Positions 1-11,761 of a stretch of DNA of 64,000 nucleotides are shown piece by piece. The notes under the pieces were generated by a model. It did not search any database and was not told the origin of the DNA. It saw nothing but the letters and a program-made list of their open reading frames with translations. How positions within the stretch are numbered: the stretch's first letter is position 1; each line of letters begins with the position of its first letter. The position numbers and the translations under genes were made by a program. The stretch is from Bradymonadia bacterium (GTDB lineage Bacteria; Myxococcota_A; Bradymonadia; UBA7976; UBA1532): NCBI GenBank assembly GCA_046290225.1, contig JBKAGE010000078.1, forward strand, positions 416,001 through 480,000. Reading direction: 5' to 3'.

Positions 1-472
1 CCATCTCGAAGTAGAGGCTTGCCTGGGCGTCGCTGTCTCCAGTGGCCTCCACCTGGATGGAGTAGAGCCTGAGCACCATCTCCCAGTTCTCTTGCATCTG
101 GTAGATGGCCCGGGCGGCAGCGAGTGCCCCCACCTGATTGGGATCGAGCTTGAAGGCCCGCTGATACCTCAGCATGGCCTGCTCGAGCTCACCGAGCTTC
201 AGCTCCAGCACCTGACCGACCAGGAAAGCCAGCGAGGCCCCCTGTACCGGATCGTCCACCAGACCCCCCTGATGTTCGAGGGTCTCTGCACACCTTTGCC
301 AGAGCCCCAGAGCCTCGTCTTCGTCGAGGTGCTCTGCTTGGAGCGCATAGGCCTCGACCAACGTCTCGTAGGCGCCCTCTTGGATCAGAGAGGCCTCGAG
401 GGTGTTGAAGGCGTCGATGTTCTGGGGGTCGTCTGCCAGCTGCTTCTGGAAGGTCTCGATGATGTCCTGCAT
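1..472 (-). CDS. TPR-repeat protein, N-terminal part only; runs off the left edge (resembles myxobacterial large TPR proteins)
   Basis: Not in the ORF track because it has no stop in the window. Read manually from ATG at 472: MQDIIETFQKQLADDPQNIDAFNTLE...LGELEQAMLRYQRAFKLDPNQVGALAAARAIY..., open to position 1 with TPR-like helices. Confidence 0.75.
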   Translation of the reverse strand, partial: MQDIIETFQKQLADDPQNIDAFNTLEASLIQEGAYETLVEAYALQAEHLDEDEALGLWQRCAETLEHQGGLVDDPVQGASLAFLVGQVLELKLGELEQAMLRYQRAFKLDPNQVGALAAARAIYQMQENWEMVLRLYSIQVEATGDSDAQASLYFEM

Positions 473-678
473 CCCGGGGAGGCTCCGGTCTCACCCCGTC
501 TGGGGTGTGCCTGAACGAACGGTTGAGTCGACTCAGGGGTCGTGCGAGCGCCCACCACCCCCACCAAGGCACCTGAAACCCTGGGGGAAGACACGGTGGT
601 GAAGTCCGGGCATGGTACAAGTCGCCCTGGCGGATCACAACCGGTTCTCCAGGGAACAGACACAAGAAATAATTAAAG

Positions 679-1488
679 ATGAAGAAGGTAAACCAACCCC
701 CTACATCTACCTTTCTTGTAGGTCCTGGGGTGGCCCTCGGCGAGGGCATTTTCGAGACGATGAGGGCGGTCGACGGCACCATTCGACACTGGTCTTCGCA
801 TCGTGAACGGCTTCTTCGAAGTCATCGGGCGCTGTCCGGAGGACTCTGGCGCCCTGATCTGGACACGCTGCCTCTCCTGAGATGGGTGACCGAACACCTC
901 GAAACACGACAGTTGATGCATGGGGAGGCCCGCGTGCGTCTGGCCCTGCACGCAGGGCCAGCGGAAGGTGCTGGCGAGGTGATCGTTGATGCCAGGGCCA
1001 TGGCCCCATCGATCCAGCGCAGGCGCACCGGAATCAACCCGTGGATCGTGCCCTGGCGACCCCCGATCACAGCGGCGTGGAAAACAACCAGCTACCTGCC
1101 CTACCTTTGGGCCGCTCGGCTCGCCGACGCTCAAGCCCGAGAGGCTGGTGTCGCCGAACCTGTGGAGCCACTGCTCGTCGACGCCCACACCGCAGAGGTC
1201 TTGGAGGGGGCCACATGGAACATCTTCGTCGTGGAGGGCCGCACCCTGCGTACGCCGCCTCTGGACGGCCGGATTCTCCCCGGCACTTCACGTCATCAAC
1301 TCATCGAGCGCGCCCGCGCCCGCGGGTGGACGGTGGTCGAAGCCGCCGTCACCACGGAGATGCTCAGCAACAGCGATGGGGTACTGGCCACCAACGCTCT
1401 GCTGCCGGTGGCACCTCTGGCATGTCTGAACGGCCACACCCCCCTCGCCCACCCCACCACCGCACTCGCGGAGTTGGGCCTATGGTGA
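679..1488 (+). CDS. Aminotransferase class IV (aminodeoxychorismate lyase / D-amino acid or branched-chain aminotransferase family)
   Basis: GEGIFETMR, HRERL, PLP lysine in WKTTSY, VLEGATWNIF, ILPGTSR, ATNALL motifs. Confidence 0.85.
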   Translation: MKKVNQPPTSTFLVGPGVALGEGIFETMRAVDGTIRHWSSHRERLLRSHRALSGGLWRPDLDTLPLLRWVTEHLETRQLMHGEARVRLALHAGPAEGAGEVIVDARAMAPSIQRRRTGINPWIVPWRPPITAAWKTTSYLPYLWAARLADAQAREAGVAEPVEPLLVDAHTAEVLEGATWNIFVVEGRTLRTPPLDGRILPGTSRHQLIERARARGWTVVEAAVTTEMLSNSDGVLATNALLPVAPLACLNGHTPLAHPTTALAELGLW

Positions 1489-2102
1489 AGATGGTCCTGT
1501 GGGGCTTCATTTGCCTCGGGCTCATGGGATGTGGTGAGGGTGCTCGGGAGGTGGTCCCCTCTCAGTGCGATCCATACGCAAACACTGGCTGCAGCGAGGA
1601 CGCAATCTGCCGAATCGTCGGCGACGGCCAGACGCTGTGCCTTGCTCAGGAAGCCCAGCCCGAGGCGCCGTGCAGTCCTGGCAGCTGTGCCGCGGGGGAG
1701 GCCTGCGTAGAGATCGAGGGTTTGCTGGGCTGCAAGGCCATCTGCAGCCCTGAGGGCGACTGTGAAGACGGCGCCAGCTGCGCCTACCGTGTGGGCGATT
1801 CGCCTTGGCGGCTGTGCATCCCGCCTTGTGATCCTCTGGAAGGCTGCGGCCCCTCGGCCACCTGCGCCCCAACCCCCATCCTGCCCTACCCCCAATGCGT
1901 CGCCGACGGCACTCTCGACGAGGACGATCCATGCGGAGGCGCGGAGCGGTGCGGTCACGGACTCGTCTGTATCCAACAGGACGGCGCAGCGCGGTGTCTG
2001 CCGCTGTGTACCCCGGACGATGCGGTGCCGTGCCCGGAGGCTCAGAGCTGCCTTGGGGAGATCCCCGGCTTCACCACCATCGGGTTCTGCCCTGGGGGCT
2101 GA
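1482..2102 (+). CDS. Cys-rich lipoprotein
   Basis: True start is probably MVKMVLWGFICLGLMG|C (lipobox), overlapping the upstream stop; repeated CxPxCxP...C..G..C units. The upstream part of ORF 1041..2102 is shadow frame. Confidence 0.75.
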   Translation: MVKMVLWGFICLGLMGCGEGAREVVPSQCDPYANTGCSEDAICRIVGDGQTLCLAQEAQPEAPCSPGSCAAGEACVEIEGLLGCKAICSPEGDCEDGASCAYRVGDSPWRLCIPPCDPLEGCGPSATCAPTPILPYPQCVADGTLDEDDPCGGAERCGHGLVCIQQDGAARCLPLCTPDDAVPCPEAQSCLGEIPGFTTIGFCPGG

Positions 2103-2110
2103 TTCGACGC

Positions 2111-3283
2111 TCACATCTGCGTGAGCATCGCCTCCAGCTCCTTGCGCCAGACCGGCTCCTGCGCTTCGAGGACGTGCAGCTCGATCTCGAGCATCTCCAG
2201 GGCCGGGTGGGTCTCCATGCACAGCTCGTCGTGCTCGTCGGGGGTGGCCCCGAAGCCCATGTAACCCGCCAGGGCGTCTGCGAGTGAGATGGCCGACACC
2301 AGCCGTACGTGGTTGAACGACTTCTGAGGCTGATGATGAAACATCGACACCTCGCTGAACGACTCGTCGAAGCCCCACTTCGACAGGAGCGTCGAACCAA
2401 ACTGTCCGTGCAAGCCCGAGATCGTCTTGTCGATCTCTTCCAGTGAAAACTGCCCGCCCATGGGGTGCTCTCGGGCCATGTCGTCGAACATCTGCACCAG
2501 CAACGCTCTGCCGATGTCGTGCAACATGCCATGGAGAAAATAGGTCGGGCCGTGGGCCTCGTCGAGCTCGCCGGCGATGTGTTCGGCGATGAGCGCCGTC
2601 GCCAGGCCGTGGTGCCACAGATCGAGCAGCTCGCCCTGAATGTCGGGTGCGCCGAAGCTGAACAGGCGCTGATTGCAGATCGCCAGCAGATACTTGCTCA
2701 GCTCTCGATAACCGATGCGGACCACAGCCTCGTGCAGATGCTTCGGCGGTCGCCCGCCCCGCGTGTAGAACGAGCTGCTGGCGATGGCCATGATCCGGGT
2801 CGACAGCATCGGATCCGTACGCACCAGATCGATGATGCGGTCGACATCGTGCTCAGGATCGGAGAGCAGCTGATTCAGCGTGATCGTCGTCTGGGGGATG
2901 CTCGGCAGCCGCAGCTCCGAGTTCCGATATCGATCCACCACAGCCTGAATGGGTGATCGCACACCCCGATTGGTGGCGCGACGCAGATCTGCGAGGGCTG
3001 CGGGCTCTGCTTCGGAGTTCTCCTCGATGAGGGCCGCATCGGGCCCTGCGCTGGGGCCAAAGTCGAGCTCGAGGGTGCGGTCCACCCCTTCTTTGAGACC
3101 TGCGAGGTAGATCGACGCAAAGAGTTTGCGCATGGCCTCACGGCCGCCACCGGTGAAGGCGCTCATCAGCCGTTTGGCGAGCTGATCGTCCACCGCTCGA
3201 CTCAAGAGCGTGTCGATGGCCTGCCCCTCGGGGACCACCACCCCTACCCCTCTGTACTGCAGCCGGCCCACCGCCATCTCCAT
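2111..3283 (-). CDS. HDOD-domain signal transduction protein
   Basis: LPSIP, DPMLSTRIMAIASS, AVVRIG, LWHHGLATA, GMLHDIGR, HGQFG...KWGF, HHQP. Start codon uncertain. Confidence 0.85.
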   Translation of the reverse strand: MEMAVGRLQYRGVGVVVPEGQAIDTLLSRAVDDQLAKRLMSAFTGGGREAMRKLFASIYLAGLKEGVDRTLELDFGPSAGPDAALIEENSEAEPAALADLRRATNRGVRSPIQAVVDRYRNSELRLPSIPQTTITLNQLLSDPEHDVDRIIDLVRTDPMLSTRIMAIASSSFYTRGGRPPKHLHEAVVRIGYRELSKYLLAICNQRLFSFGAPDIQGELLDLWHHGLATALIAEHIAGELDEAHGPTYFLHGMLHDIGRALLVQMFDDMAREHPMGGQFSLEEIDKTISGLHGQFGSTLLSKWGFDESFSEVSMFHHQPQKSFNHVRLVSAISLADALAGYMGFGATPDEHDELCMETHPALEMLEIELHVLEAQEPVWRKELEAMLTQM

Positions 3284-3528
3284 CGGGTTCGGGCTCGCTC
3301 CTTAGAGCGGGCATCGCCATCACCAAACACTCTTTGATCATCGGCAGATCGGCGGTGTCACTGCCCGCGACACGCCCTCTGGGGACCCAGGGTCGGCCCA
3401 GACCCAGCTGGGTCATGGCCCTTTATCTGGCGCGAGTCTAATCTTTTCAGCGGGTTCTGCTCCGATACGGTCAATGACCAGGGTCATCCTCAACCCACCC
3501 CATCGACGGGGCAATGGGCTTTTACGTA

Positions 3529-3544
3529 TGGCACATCTTCTGCA
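3529..3544 (+). promoter_or_regulatory. Putative sigma54 (-24/-12) promoter
   Basis: TGGCAC-ATCTT-CTGCA gives exact GG-N10-GC spacing; the predicted start (~3555) lies just upstream of the riboswitch. Confidence 0.6.
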
Positions 3545-3583
3545 TCCTCTACTTGGCGCATCGTCGAGGTCATGTCGGCCTCG

Positions 3584-3666
3584 GCTCTACGAAATGGCAA
3601 ACCGCCGGCAACGGTGGGACGCAAAGCCAGGGGTCCCATAGGGATAGCCCAGCCATCGAACGGAGC
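3584..3666 (+). ncRNA. c-di-GMP-I (GEMM-I) class riboswitch, variant with G20/A47/U92
   Basis: GGCAAACC...GGGACGCAAAGC core. P2 CCGCCG-GCAA-CGGTGG with GNRA loop; P3 GGG/CCC plus GTCCC-ATA-GGGAT with AG bulge; P1 GCTCT..CG / CG..GGAGC overlaps the RBS of the gene at 3673. Confidence 0.88.
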
Positions 3667-3672
3667 ATTCCC

Positions 3673-4035
3673 ATGCGTCGTGCAGTCAAGAAGGCCGCGA
3701 TCTCCCTCATTTCCACCTTTGCTCTGGTCTGCCTCGGCGGCCAGGCGCTGGCGGCGGACACTGAGACCGTCGAGGATATGCTGGAGGCCGGTGGCCAGGT
3801 GGATTTCAACTTTGAGGTCGATCCCATGTTGGTCCCTCCGACCATCTCGCCCTCTCAGGTGATGACCGTGACCACCACCCGTGAGGGCGACACGGTCAAG
3901 GGTGTGGTGTTGCTGGTAGACGGGCGCAACGTGCCCTTCACCATGACCCACTCCCGGCCTCTCATCCAGGACCAGGCCCCCCGGCACATCGCCGATGGCG
4001 GAGTCCTCGGGGCCGAGGCCATCGCCCAGAACTGA
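3673..4035 (+). CDS. Small secreted hypothetical protein (120 aa), riboswitch-controlled
   Basis: GGAG RBS 7 nt before ATG 3673; signal peptide MRRAVKKAAISLISTFALVCLGGQALA. Confidence 0.75.
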   Translation: MRRAVKKAAISLISTFALVCLGGQALAADTETVEDMLEAGGQVDFNFEVDPMLVPPTISPSQVMTVTTTREGDTVKGVVLLVDGRNVPFTMTHSRPLIQDQAPRHIADGGVLGAEAIAQN

Positions 4036-4131
4036 GCCTCTGTGGGCTCGGGAGCTTGAAAACCATTTTCCACGGCGCCTCCTTTGGGCTAAGACCGCTT
4101 CCCGGTCCCACACCCAGCAGGAGGCAATGTC

Positions 4132-6558
4132 GTGGCCCAATCCAAGTCTCCCGGCCCTCAGGTGCTCCCGCTCGAACAACTGCGGTGGCGGTGTGATCCC
4201 GCCGTTTTTCAGCGCTACCGCAAGGTGAGGGCCAACCGCCCTCACATCATCGGCCAGCCCCGTGCCGTGGAGGCGATCCTCCTGGGCATGGAGATGGAGA
4301 GCCCCGGGTTCAACGTCTTCGTCTGCGGCCCCAGCGGCACGGGGAAGATGTCCACAGTGCGGGCACTCCTCGGCGAGGGCCCCGATCGTCGTCGCCCACT
4401 GCACGATTACGTGTACGTTCACCGCTTCGAGGATGCTGATCGCCCCCGTCTCATTCGGATGAAGGCCGGCGACGGTGCTCGCTTCAAGCGTCAGGTCGAG
4501 GCCTTTGTCGAGGGCCTGCCTGATCTGCTGCCCAAGATCCTCGACTCCGAGGGCGTATTCGGCCGTCGACAGCGCCTCGTGGAGGCCTTTGAGGCGGAGG
4601 AGAACGTCCTCGTATCCGACCTTGAGGTGCAGTGCGAGGAGTCGGGCCTGCAGCTGGCCCAGATTCAGATCGGCGAGGTGGCTCAGCTCGACATCTACGC
4701 GATCCACAAGAAGAAGCCCATCGACATCGAGGAGCTCAACGAGCTCGTGGCCCAGGGCAAGGCCAAGGTACCCCACCTCGAAGAGCTCAACGCACGCCAC
4801 GCCGAGCTCAAAGATGCTCTACGCACTCTGTTGGGCATCCTGCGCAAGCGGGCCCGCAAGCTGCACGACGAGGTACACGCCCTGGAGTCGAAGGCCGTCG
4901 CCGAGGCGCTGGCCCAGACCCTCAAGGAGCTTGAAGAGGACTTCCCCTTCCCCGAAGTCTCCGCCTGGATTGCCGAGGTCCGTGGTGCCATCACCGACGA
5001 TCTCGACGTCTTCAAGGCCGTCGAAGAAGAAGAGGCGCACCCTGAAGCCATCGCCGAGCTGCTGCACCGGCTCAAGGTGAACGTGGTCCTCGACAACCAC
5101 AATCAGAGTGGCACCCCGGTCGTCTTCGAGAACTTCCCCACCTTCACCAACCTGCTGGGCACGATCGAGCGTCCCACGGACGACACCCGGGCCACGGTGG
5201 ACTTCAACCACGTGAAGGGGGGCTCGCTGTTGCGGGCCAACGGTGGCTTCTTGATCCTCAACGCCAACGACGCCGTGGGCGAGGCAGGGGTCTGGCGGGC
5301 GCTGAGCCGCGTGCTCAAGACCCGAGAGCTGCAAATCATGCCCCCGGAGCAGTTCCTGGGCCACGGCAGCATCACCGCCCTGAAGCCCGAGTCGATCAAA
5401 GTCGACGTAAAGGTCATCGCCGTGGGCGATGGCGATCTGTACCGGGCGCTGTACGCCGCCAGCGAGGAGTTCCGTCGCATCTTCAAGATCAAGGCGGACT
5501 TCGACGACGTGATGCCCTGCACAGATCGCGGCCTGGAGCTGTATGCCGATCACTGCTGGCGCGTCACCTCAGAAGAAGGCCTGGTGACCCTCAGCGATCC
5601 TGCTCTGGCCCGTCTGGCCGAGTACGGGGTCCGCCTCGCAGAGCATCAGGGCGAGATCTCCACGCGGTTCAGCGACATCACCGATCTGCTCCGTGAGGCG
5701 AGTCACTACGCCCAGATCGATGAGGACTCAGAGATCTCCGTAGCCCACGTCGAGCGCGCCCTCGAAGCTCGGCGCCATCGCCACGCCCTGCCTCAGGAGC
5801 GCCTGAGCGCCCTCATCGAACGGGGCGTCATCGCCCTCGACGTCACGGGCTCCAGGGTGGGCACCATCAACGGCCTTACCGTGCTCGACCTCGCCGATCA
5901 CTGCTTTGGTCAGCCCTCTCGCATCACCGCGCGGTGCTTCCCAGGACACCGTGGGGTGATCTCCTTGGAGCGCGAGGTGGAGATGTCGGGGCAGATTCAC
6001 GACAAGGGCGTGTTCATCCTCTCGAGCTGGCTCCGGGCCCGATACGCCCCCGACGAGAACGTGGCCCTCTCCGCCACGCTGACCTTCGAGCAGCTCTATG
6101 ACGGCGTCGAGGGCGACAGCGCCTCCCTCGCTGAAGCCCTGGCCCTGTTGTCGGCCCTCACCCGCAGGCCCCTCAGGCAAGACGTCGCGGTCACCGGAGC
6201 GCTGGATCCTCGGGGCGGCATCCGCCCCGTGGGTGGCATCAACGAGAAGATCGAGGGTTTCTTCGACGTGTGTGACCACTTCGGACTCACCGGAGAGCAG
6301 GGTGTGGTCATCCCCCAGAGCAATATTGATCAGCTCATGCTCAAGCCCGAGGTGGTGCACGCCGTGTCAGAAGGGCAGTTCCACATCTGGGCCGCTGATC
6401 ACATCGACGAAGTGCTCGCCCTCACCCTCAACGAGCCGAACATCGGCGCCGAGGATGGCGAGGGCCGATTCCCCGCAGCGTCGTTCAACGCCGCAGTGGG
6501 CGCAGCGCTCTTGAGGATGACCGAGAAAGCAGGCCCCAAGCCCCCAGGAGCTTCATGA
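4132..6558 (+). CDS. Lon-related protease (LonC/LonB-like AAA + S16 domain)
   Basis: IIGQPRA, Walker A GPSGTGK, GSLLRANGGFLIL, SGQIHDKG, catalytic Ser in GDSAS and Lys in GGINEKIEGF. Confidence 0.9.
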   Translation: MAQSKSPGPQVLPLEQLRWRCDPAVFQRYRKVRANRPHIIGQPRAVEAILLGMEMESPGFNVFVCGPSGTGKMSTVRALLGEGPDRRRPLHDYVYVHRFEDADRPRLIRMKAGDGARFKRQVEAFVEGLPDLLPKILDSEGVFGRRQRLVEAFEAEENVLVSDLEVQCEESGLQLAQIQIGEVAQLDIYAIHKKKPIDIEELNELVAQGKAKVPHLEELNARHAELKDALRTLLGILRKRARKLHDEVHALESKAVAEALAQTLKELEEDFPFPEVSAWIAEVRGAITDDLDVFKAVEEEEAHPEAIAELLHRLKVNVVLDNHNQSGTPVVFENFPTFTNLLGTIERPTDDTRATVDFNHVKGGSLLRANGGFLILNANDAVGEAGVWRALSRVLKTRELQIMPPEQFLGHGSITALKPESIKVDVKVIAVGDGDLYRALYAASEEFRRIFKIKADFDDVMPCTDRGLELYADHCWRVTSEEGLVTLSDPALARLAEYGVRLAEHQGEISTRFSDITDLLREASHYAQIDEDSEISVAHVERALEARRHRHALPQERLSALIERGVIALDVTGSRVGTINGLTVLDLADHCFGQPSRITARCFPGHRGVISLEREVEMSGQIHDKGVFILSSWLRARYAPDENVALSATLTFEQLYDGVEGDSASLAEALALLSALTRRPLRQDVAVTGALDPRGGIRPVGGINEKIEGFFDVCDHFGLTGEQGVVIPQSNIDQLMLKPEVVHAVSEGQFHIWAADHIDEVLALTLNEPNIGAEDGEGRFPAASFNAAVGAALLRMTEKAGPKPPGAS

Positions 6559-7037
6559 GCCGCATCGACGCCGAGTACACCCTCGCCCACGCCGCCACTG
6601 ATCTCGAAGATCTGATCATCAGCGGTGCCTGGCTCGAACCCCTCACGGCCCGGGTGGGGCAACTCTCTGTCGATGCCTCTGAGCCCATCGATCGCGGCGA
6701 TATGGTGGAGCGCACCTATCGCCTCGTACCCTCGAGCACCCCCTTCCCTGGCTTCGACGGCGCCTGGACGCTGGAGACCATCTACACCCGCCCGGCCCAC
6801 CGCCTCGAGTACGTGGTCATCCCCCAGGATGCACGGCTGGCCCCCTGGGCCATCAACAAGGGTCAGGTGAGCGTTCACCCCGCGGGGGAAGGCCACACTC
6901 GTCTGGTCTTCGAAGGCATCTCTCGATGCCGACTGCCGGTGATCAAGCGTTGGGTGGATCGATGGGCCGCAGGGCGAACCGAGAAGCTCTTCAATGTATG
7001 GGTGGAGATTCTCACCCGGCAGCTTCAGGAGACCTGA
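6555..7037 (+). CDS. Hypothetical protein, SRPBCC/START-like (DUF2505-like)
   Basis: 160 aa, ATGA-coupled to the Lon-like gene; strand pattern with C-terminal helix typical of the SRPBCC fold. Confidence 0.5.
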   Translation: MSRIDAEYTLAHAATDLEDLIISGAWLEPLTARVGQLSVDASEPIDRGDMVERTYRLVPSSTPFPGFDGAWTLETIYTRPAHRLEYVVIPQDARLAPWAINKGQVSVHPAGEGHTRLVFEGISRCRLPVIKRWVDRWAAGRTEKLFNVWVEILTRQLQET

Positions 7038-7112
7038 GCGGCCCAGGTGAGATAAGGGCCCCGTGAGAGGAGAGCCTGCCGTGGCGCAGGCTGTCTGGTA
7101 GGAGAGCTCCGG

Positions 7113-8357
7113 TCAGGCGCTCTTCTTGGCCTCGACGAGCTCGGGGCGCTCGCCGTTGAGCACCACGCCCTCGTGGATCACGCACTCACGGACGCCTTCG
7201 AGATCAGGCAGCTCGTACATGATGTCGAGCATGATCTCTTCCATGATGGATCTCAGACCACGGGCCCCGCTCTTGCGCTTCACGGCGGAGCGGACCATGG
7301 CCCGCATGGCCTCGGGGGTGAACCGCAGGCTGACGTTCTCCATCTCGAAGAGCCGCTTGTACTGGCGCACGAGGGAGTTCTTGGGTTTCCACAAGATCTC
7401 GTAGAGGGCGTCTTCATCGAGCAGCTCGAAGGAAACCTGCACCGGCAAGCGGCCGATGAACTCGGGGATCAACCCGAACTTGTGCAGATCTTCGGGGCAC
7501 ATGTGATGAATCAGCTTGTTGTAGTCCTGCTCTTTGTTCTTGGACTTCACCTCGGCGCCGAAGCCGATGGACGACGACGACATACGCTGCTCGATCACCC
7601 GGTCGATGCCGTCGAAGGCGCCGCAGAGGATGAACAGGATGTTGGTGGTGTCGATCTGGATGATCTCTTTCTGAGGGCGGGTACGGGCACCATCGGGGTA
7701 GATGGTGACCTTGTCGCTCTCGATCATCTTGAGCAGGGCCTGCTGCACGCCCTCGCCACCGACATCGCGGGTGCTTGAGGGCATGTCGCCTCGTCGGGCG
7801 ATCTTGTCGATCTCGTCGACGACGATGATGCCCCGGGAGGCACGCTCCACGTCGCGATCTGCAGCGATCCAGAGCGACTTGATGATGCTCTCGACATCTT
7901 CACCGACATAACCGGCCTCGGTGAGGCAGGTGGCGTCGGCGACGACGAAGGGCACGTCGAGCAGTCGAGCGAGAGCTTGGGCGATGGCGGTCTTGCCACA
8001 CCCTGTGGGGCCCACCATCAAGATGTTCCCCTTGAACAGCTCAACTTCGCTGTCATCGGGCGCATCGATGCGCTTGTAGTGGTTGTACACGGCCACCGAC
8101 AGCGCCTTCTTGGCGATCTGCTGGCCCACGATGTGCTCGTCGAGATAGGCCTTGATGTCTTTGGGGCGCAGATCGCGCCGATCAGGGGCATCGTTGACCT
8201 CGCCCTGGCCGTCCTGGGCGAGTATCTCGTTGCACAGCGCCACACACTCGTCACAGATGTGCACCTGTGGCCCAGTGATGAGCTTGCGGACTTCGATGGC
8301 CTCTTTGCCGCAGAAGGAGCAGCGGAGGTGGAACGTTCGGTTGGGCATTCTGCTCAC
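7113..8357 (-). CDS. clpX: ATP-dependent Clp protease ATP-binding subunit ClpX
   Basis: C4 zinc finger CSFCGK...[42 protein letters not shown] loop, GARGLR. Confidence 0.95.
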   Translation of the reverse strand: MSRMPNRTFHLRCSFCGKEAIEVRKLITGPQVHICDECVALCNEILAQDGQGEVNDAPDRRDLRPKDIKAYLDEHIVGQQIAKKALSVAVYNHYKRIDAPDDSEVELFKGNILMVGPTGCGKTAIAQALARLLDVPFVVADATCLTEAGYVGEDVESIIKSLWIAADRDVERASRGIIVVDEIDKIARRGDMPSSTRDVGGEGVQQALLKMIESDKVTIYPDGARTRPQKEIIQIDTTNILFILCGAFDGIDRVIEQRMSSSSIGFGAEVKSKNKEQDYNKLIHHMCPEDLHKFGLIPEFIGRLPVQVSFELLDEDALYEILWKPKNSLVRQYKRLFEMENVSLRFTPEAMRAMVRSAVKRKSGARGLRSIMEEIMLDIMYELPDLEGVRECVIHEGVVLNGERPELVEAKKSA

Positions 8358-8401
8358 CCATTCAGTCTGATGGCCAAGGTATCACCGCGAAAAACCAGGT
8401 G

Positions 8402-9634
8402 TCAACTCGGCGACTGGGAGGTTTTGGGCCCCGATCTCGGAGGCCCGCTGCCTACCAAATCGGTCAACCGGGCCCCTTTGCTTGAAGGGTCTCTTCGGGG
8501 CATCTCCGAAGGGGGGCCTTCAGCGGCCGGGCGTACGGCGCCGAGGGTGTCACACCGCGGACAAATGAAGAACGGCTCGTCGGTGGTGTAGCCACAGCGG
8601 CCACACATCGGTTGACCCACCTGACCCAGCTCGTTGGGCAGGTGAACCAGCACCTCTCGAAGCTCGTGTTTCCAGTCCGAAGGCTCTCCGTGCTCGAGGA
8701 GCCACTCGTCGTACCGACGACGCACCTGCCACGCCCGAGGACGCTCGTCGAGGTGCGAGCGTAACAACCCCAGCGCACGCTCTACGGCGCCGGCGTCGAA
8801 GGCTGCCTGGGCTTCTTCGAGGACCTCCATCTCCGTGGAGGCTACTTCGACTGATGCCTCGGGGGGGAAAAGGGTCTCATCAAAACTCGACAGCCACGGC
8901 GCGAGGCGCACGGCTCGAGCGGAGGCCATGTCCTTGTCGGGCTCGCTGCTGTGAATCACCGCCCCGGCCACTGCCGGGAGCAGGCTCTCCGACGAGAGTG
9001 ACTCTGCCCGCTTGAGGGCCCGCTTCGCCCCCTTGCCCTGCCCCATCTGTGCGTACTCGAGGGCACAACCCGAAAGCAGCGCTGCCCAGACGTGGGGCGC
9101 CCGTCGTTTTCTCGGGACCTGGTCTTCATATCGTGCGAGGGCCTCCTCCCACCGCCCGGCCCGTACGAGGGCGGCGACGGCGAGGCCTGTGGGCAGCTCG
9201 GGCGTACGTCGGGCCCAGCTGGCGGCCTCAGCCACCTGCCCTGCGTCGAGGGCGAGGCGCACCTTCAAGGGGATGAGCCACCGTGCTCCTCGAGTCCGCC
9301 GGAGCAGATCGTCGATGATCTGCTTGGCGAGGGCCGCTTCGCCCTGAGCGTTGAGCACAGCCATCAGCCCCACGAGGGCATCTCGTCGGCCGGGGCCGCC
9401 CGCCTTCACCGCCTGCTCCAACACACGCCGGGCTCCCGCGAGATCACCGGAGAGCGCGTGATGCAAGGCGGCGCCGCTCCCCGGACCTGCCGGAGCAGCA
9501 GCGCGACGGGGCCGTCGCCGTCTGCGGATGATCCAGAGCAGCACGAGCAGCAACAGCGCGGCGAACCCGATGCCGATCCACTGGCCGTACTGCTTCACCC
9601 AGAGATTGAGGGTTTCGAGAAACGTGTCGAGCAC
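8402..9634 (-). CDS. LapB (YciM)-like membrane-anchored TPR protein with C-terminal rubredoxin motif
   Basis: N-terminal TM helix, helical repeats, C-terminal CGRCGY...CPRC; lies downstream of rpsA as lapB does in many Proteobacteria. Confidence 0.65.
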   Translation of the reverse strand: MLDTFLETLNLWVKQYGQWIGIGFAALLLLVLLWIIRRRRRPRRAAAPAGPGSGAALHHALSGDLAGARRVLEQAVKAGGPGRRDALVGLMAVLNAQGEAALAKQIIDDLLRRTRGARWLIPLKVRLALDAGQVAEAASWARRTPELPTGLAVAALVRAGRWEEALARYEDQVPRKRRAPHVWAALLSGCALEYAQMGQGKGAKRALKRAESLSSESLLPAVAGAVIHSSEPDKDMASARAVRLAPWLSSFDETLFPPEASVEVASTEMEVLEEAQAAFDAGAVERALGLLRSHLDERPRAWQVRRRYDEWLLEHGEPSDWKHELREVLVHLPNELGQVGQPMCGRCGYTTDEPFFICPRCDTLGAVRPAAEGPPSEMPRRDPSSKGARLTDLVGSGPPRSGPKTSQSPS

Positions 9635-9739
9635 GGTGCCTCTGACGAGTTGCGACTACGCCTATGGTCTATCACGACCCAGGGCAGAGCGTGAGAAACC
9701 ACCGCAGGTTGTCATGCCCGCAGGAAGAAATCCGGGCAT

Positions 9740-9771
9740 AAAAAAACCCGGTGCCGTCGCCAGCACCGGGT
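9740..9771 (-). terminator. Rho-independent terminator of rpsA
   Basis: On the minus strand: ACCCGGTGC, 8-nt loop, GCACCGGGT, then a T-run. Confidence 0.85.
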
Positions 9772-9829
9772 CTCTTCAAGGTTGGGCGCCGAGGTTCACT
9801 CGACGCTCAACCCTCTGGAAGGGTGAAGA

Positions 9830-11590
<1,761 letters not shown>

Positions 11591-11761
11591 GATGGTGTTC
11601 ACTCCCAAATCTTTCTGTATCTCCTCCGGGCAGAATTACCCGAAGGTCCGTCGGCGGGGTACCGGCGGAAGCGGGGCGGCACACTACGGATTTGTCGAGG
11701 AGATGTAAAGACTTTTGCCCGCCCTGGCGAGCGGCGGCCGAAGGGGCCCGGTGAGACGGCT

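Noticed and set aside
3138..3416. Frameshifted N-terminal extension (degenerate receiver domain) of the HDOD gene
   Set aside because: No convincing receiver motif or slippery site, and plausible RBS/start options exist for the HDOD frame itself.
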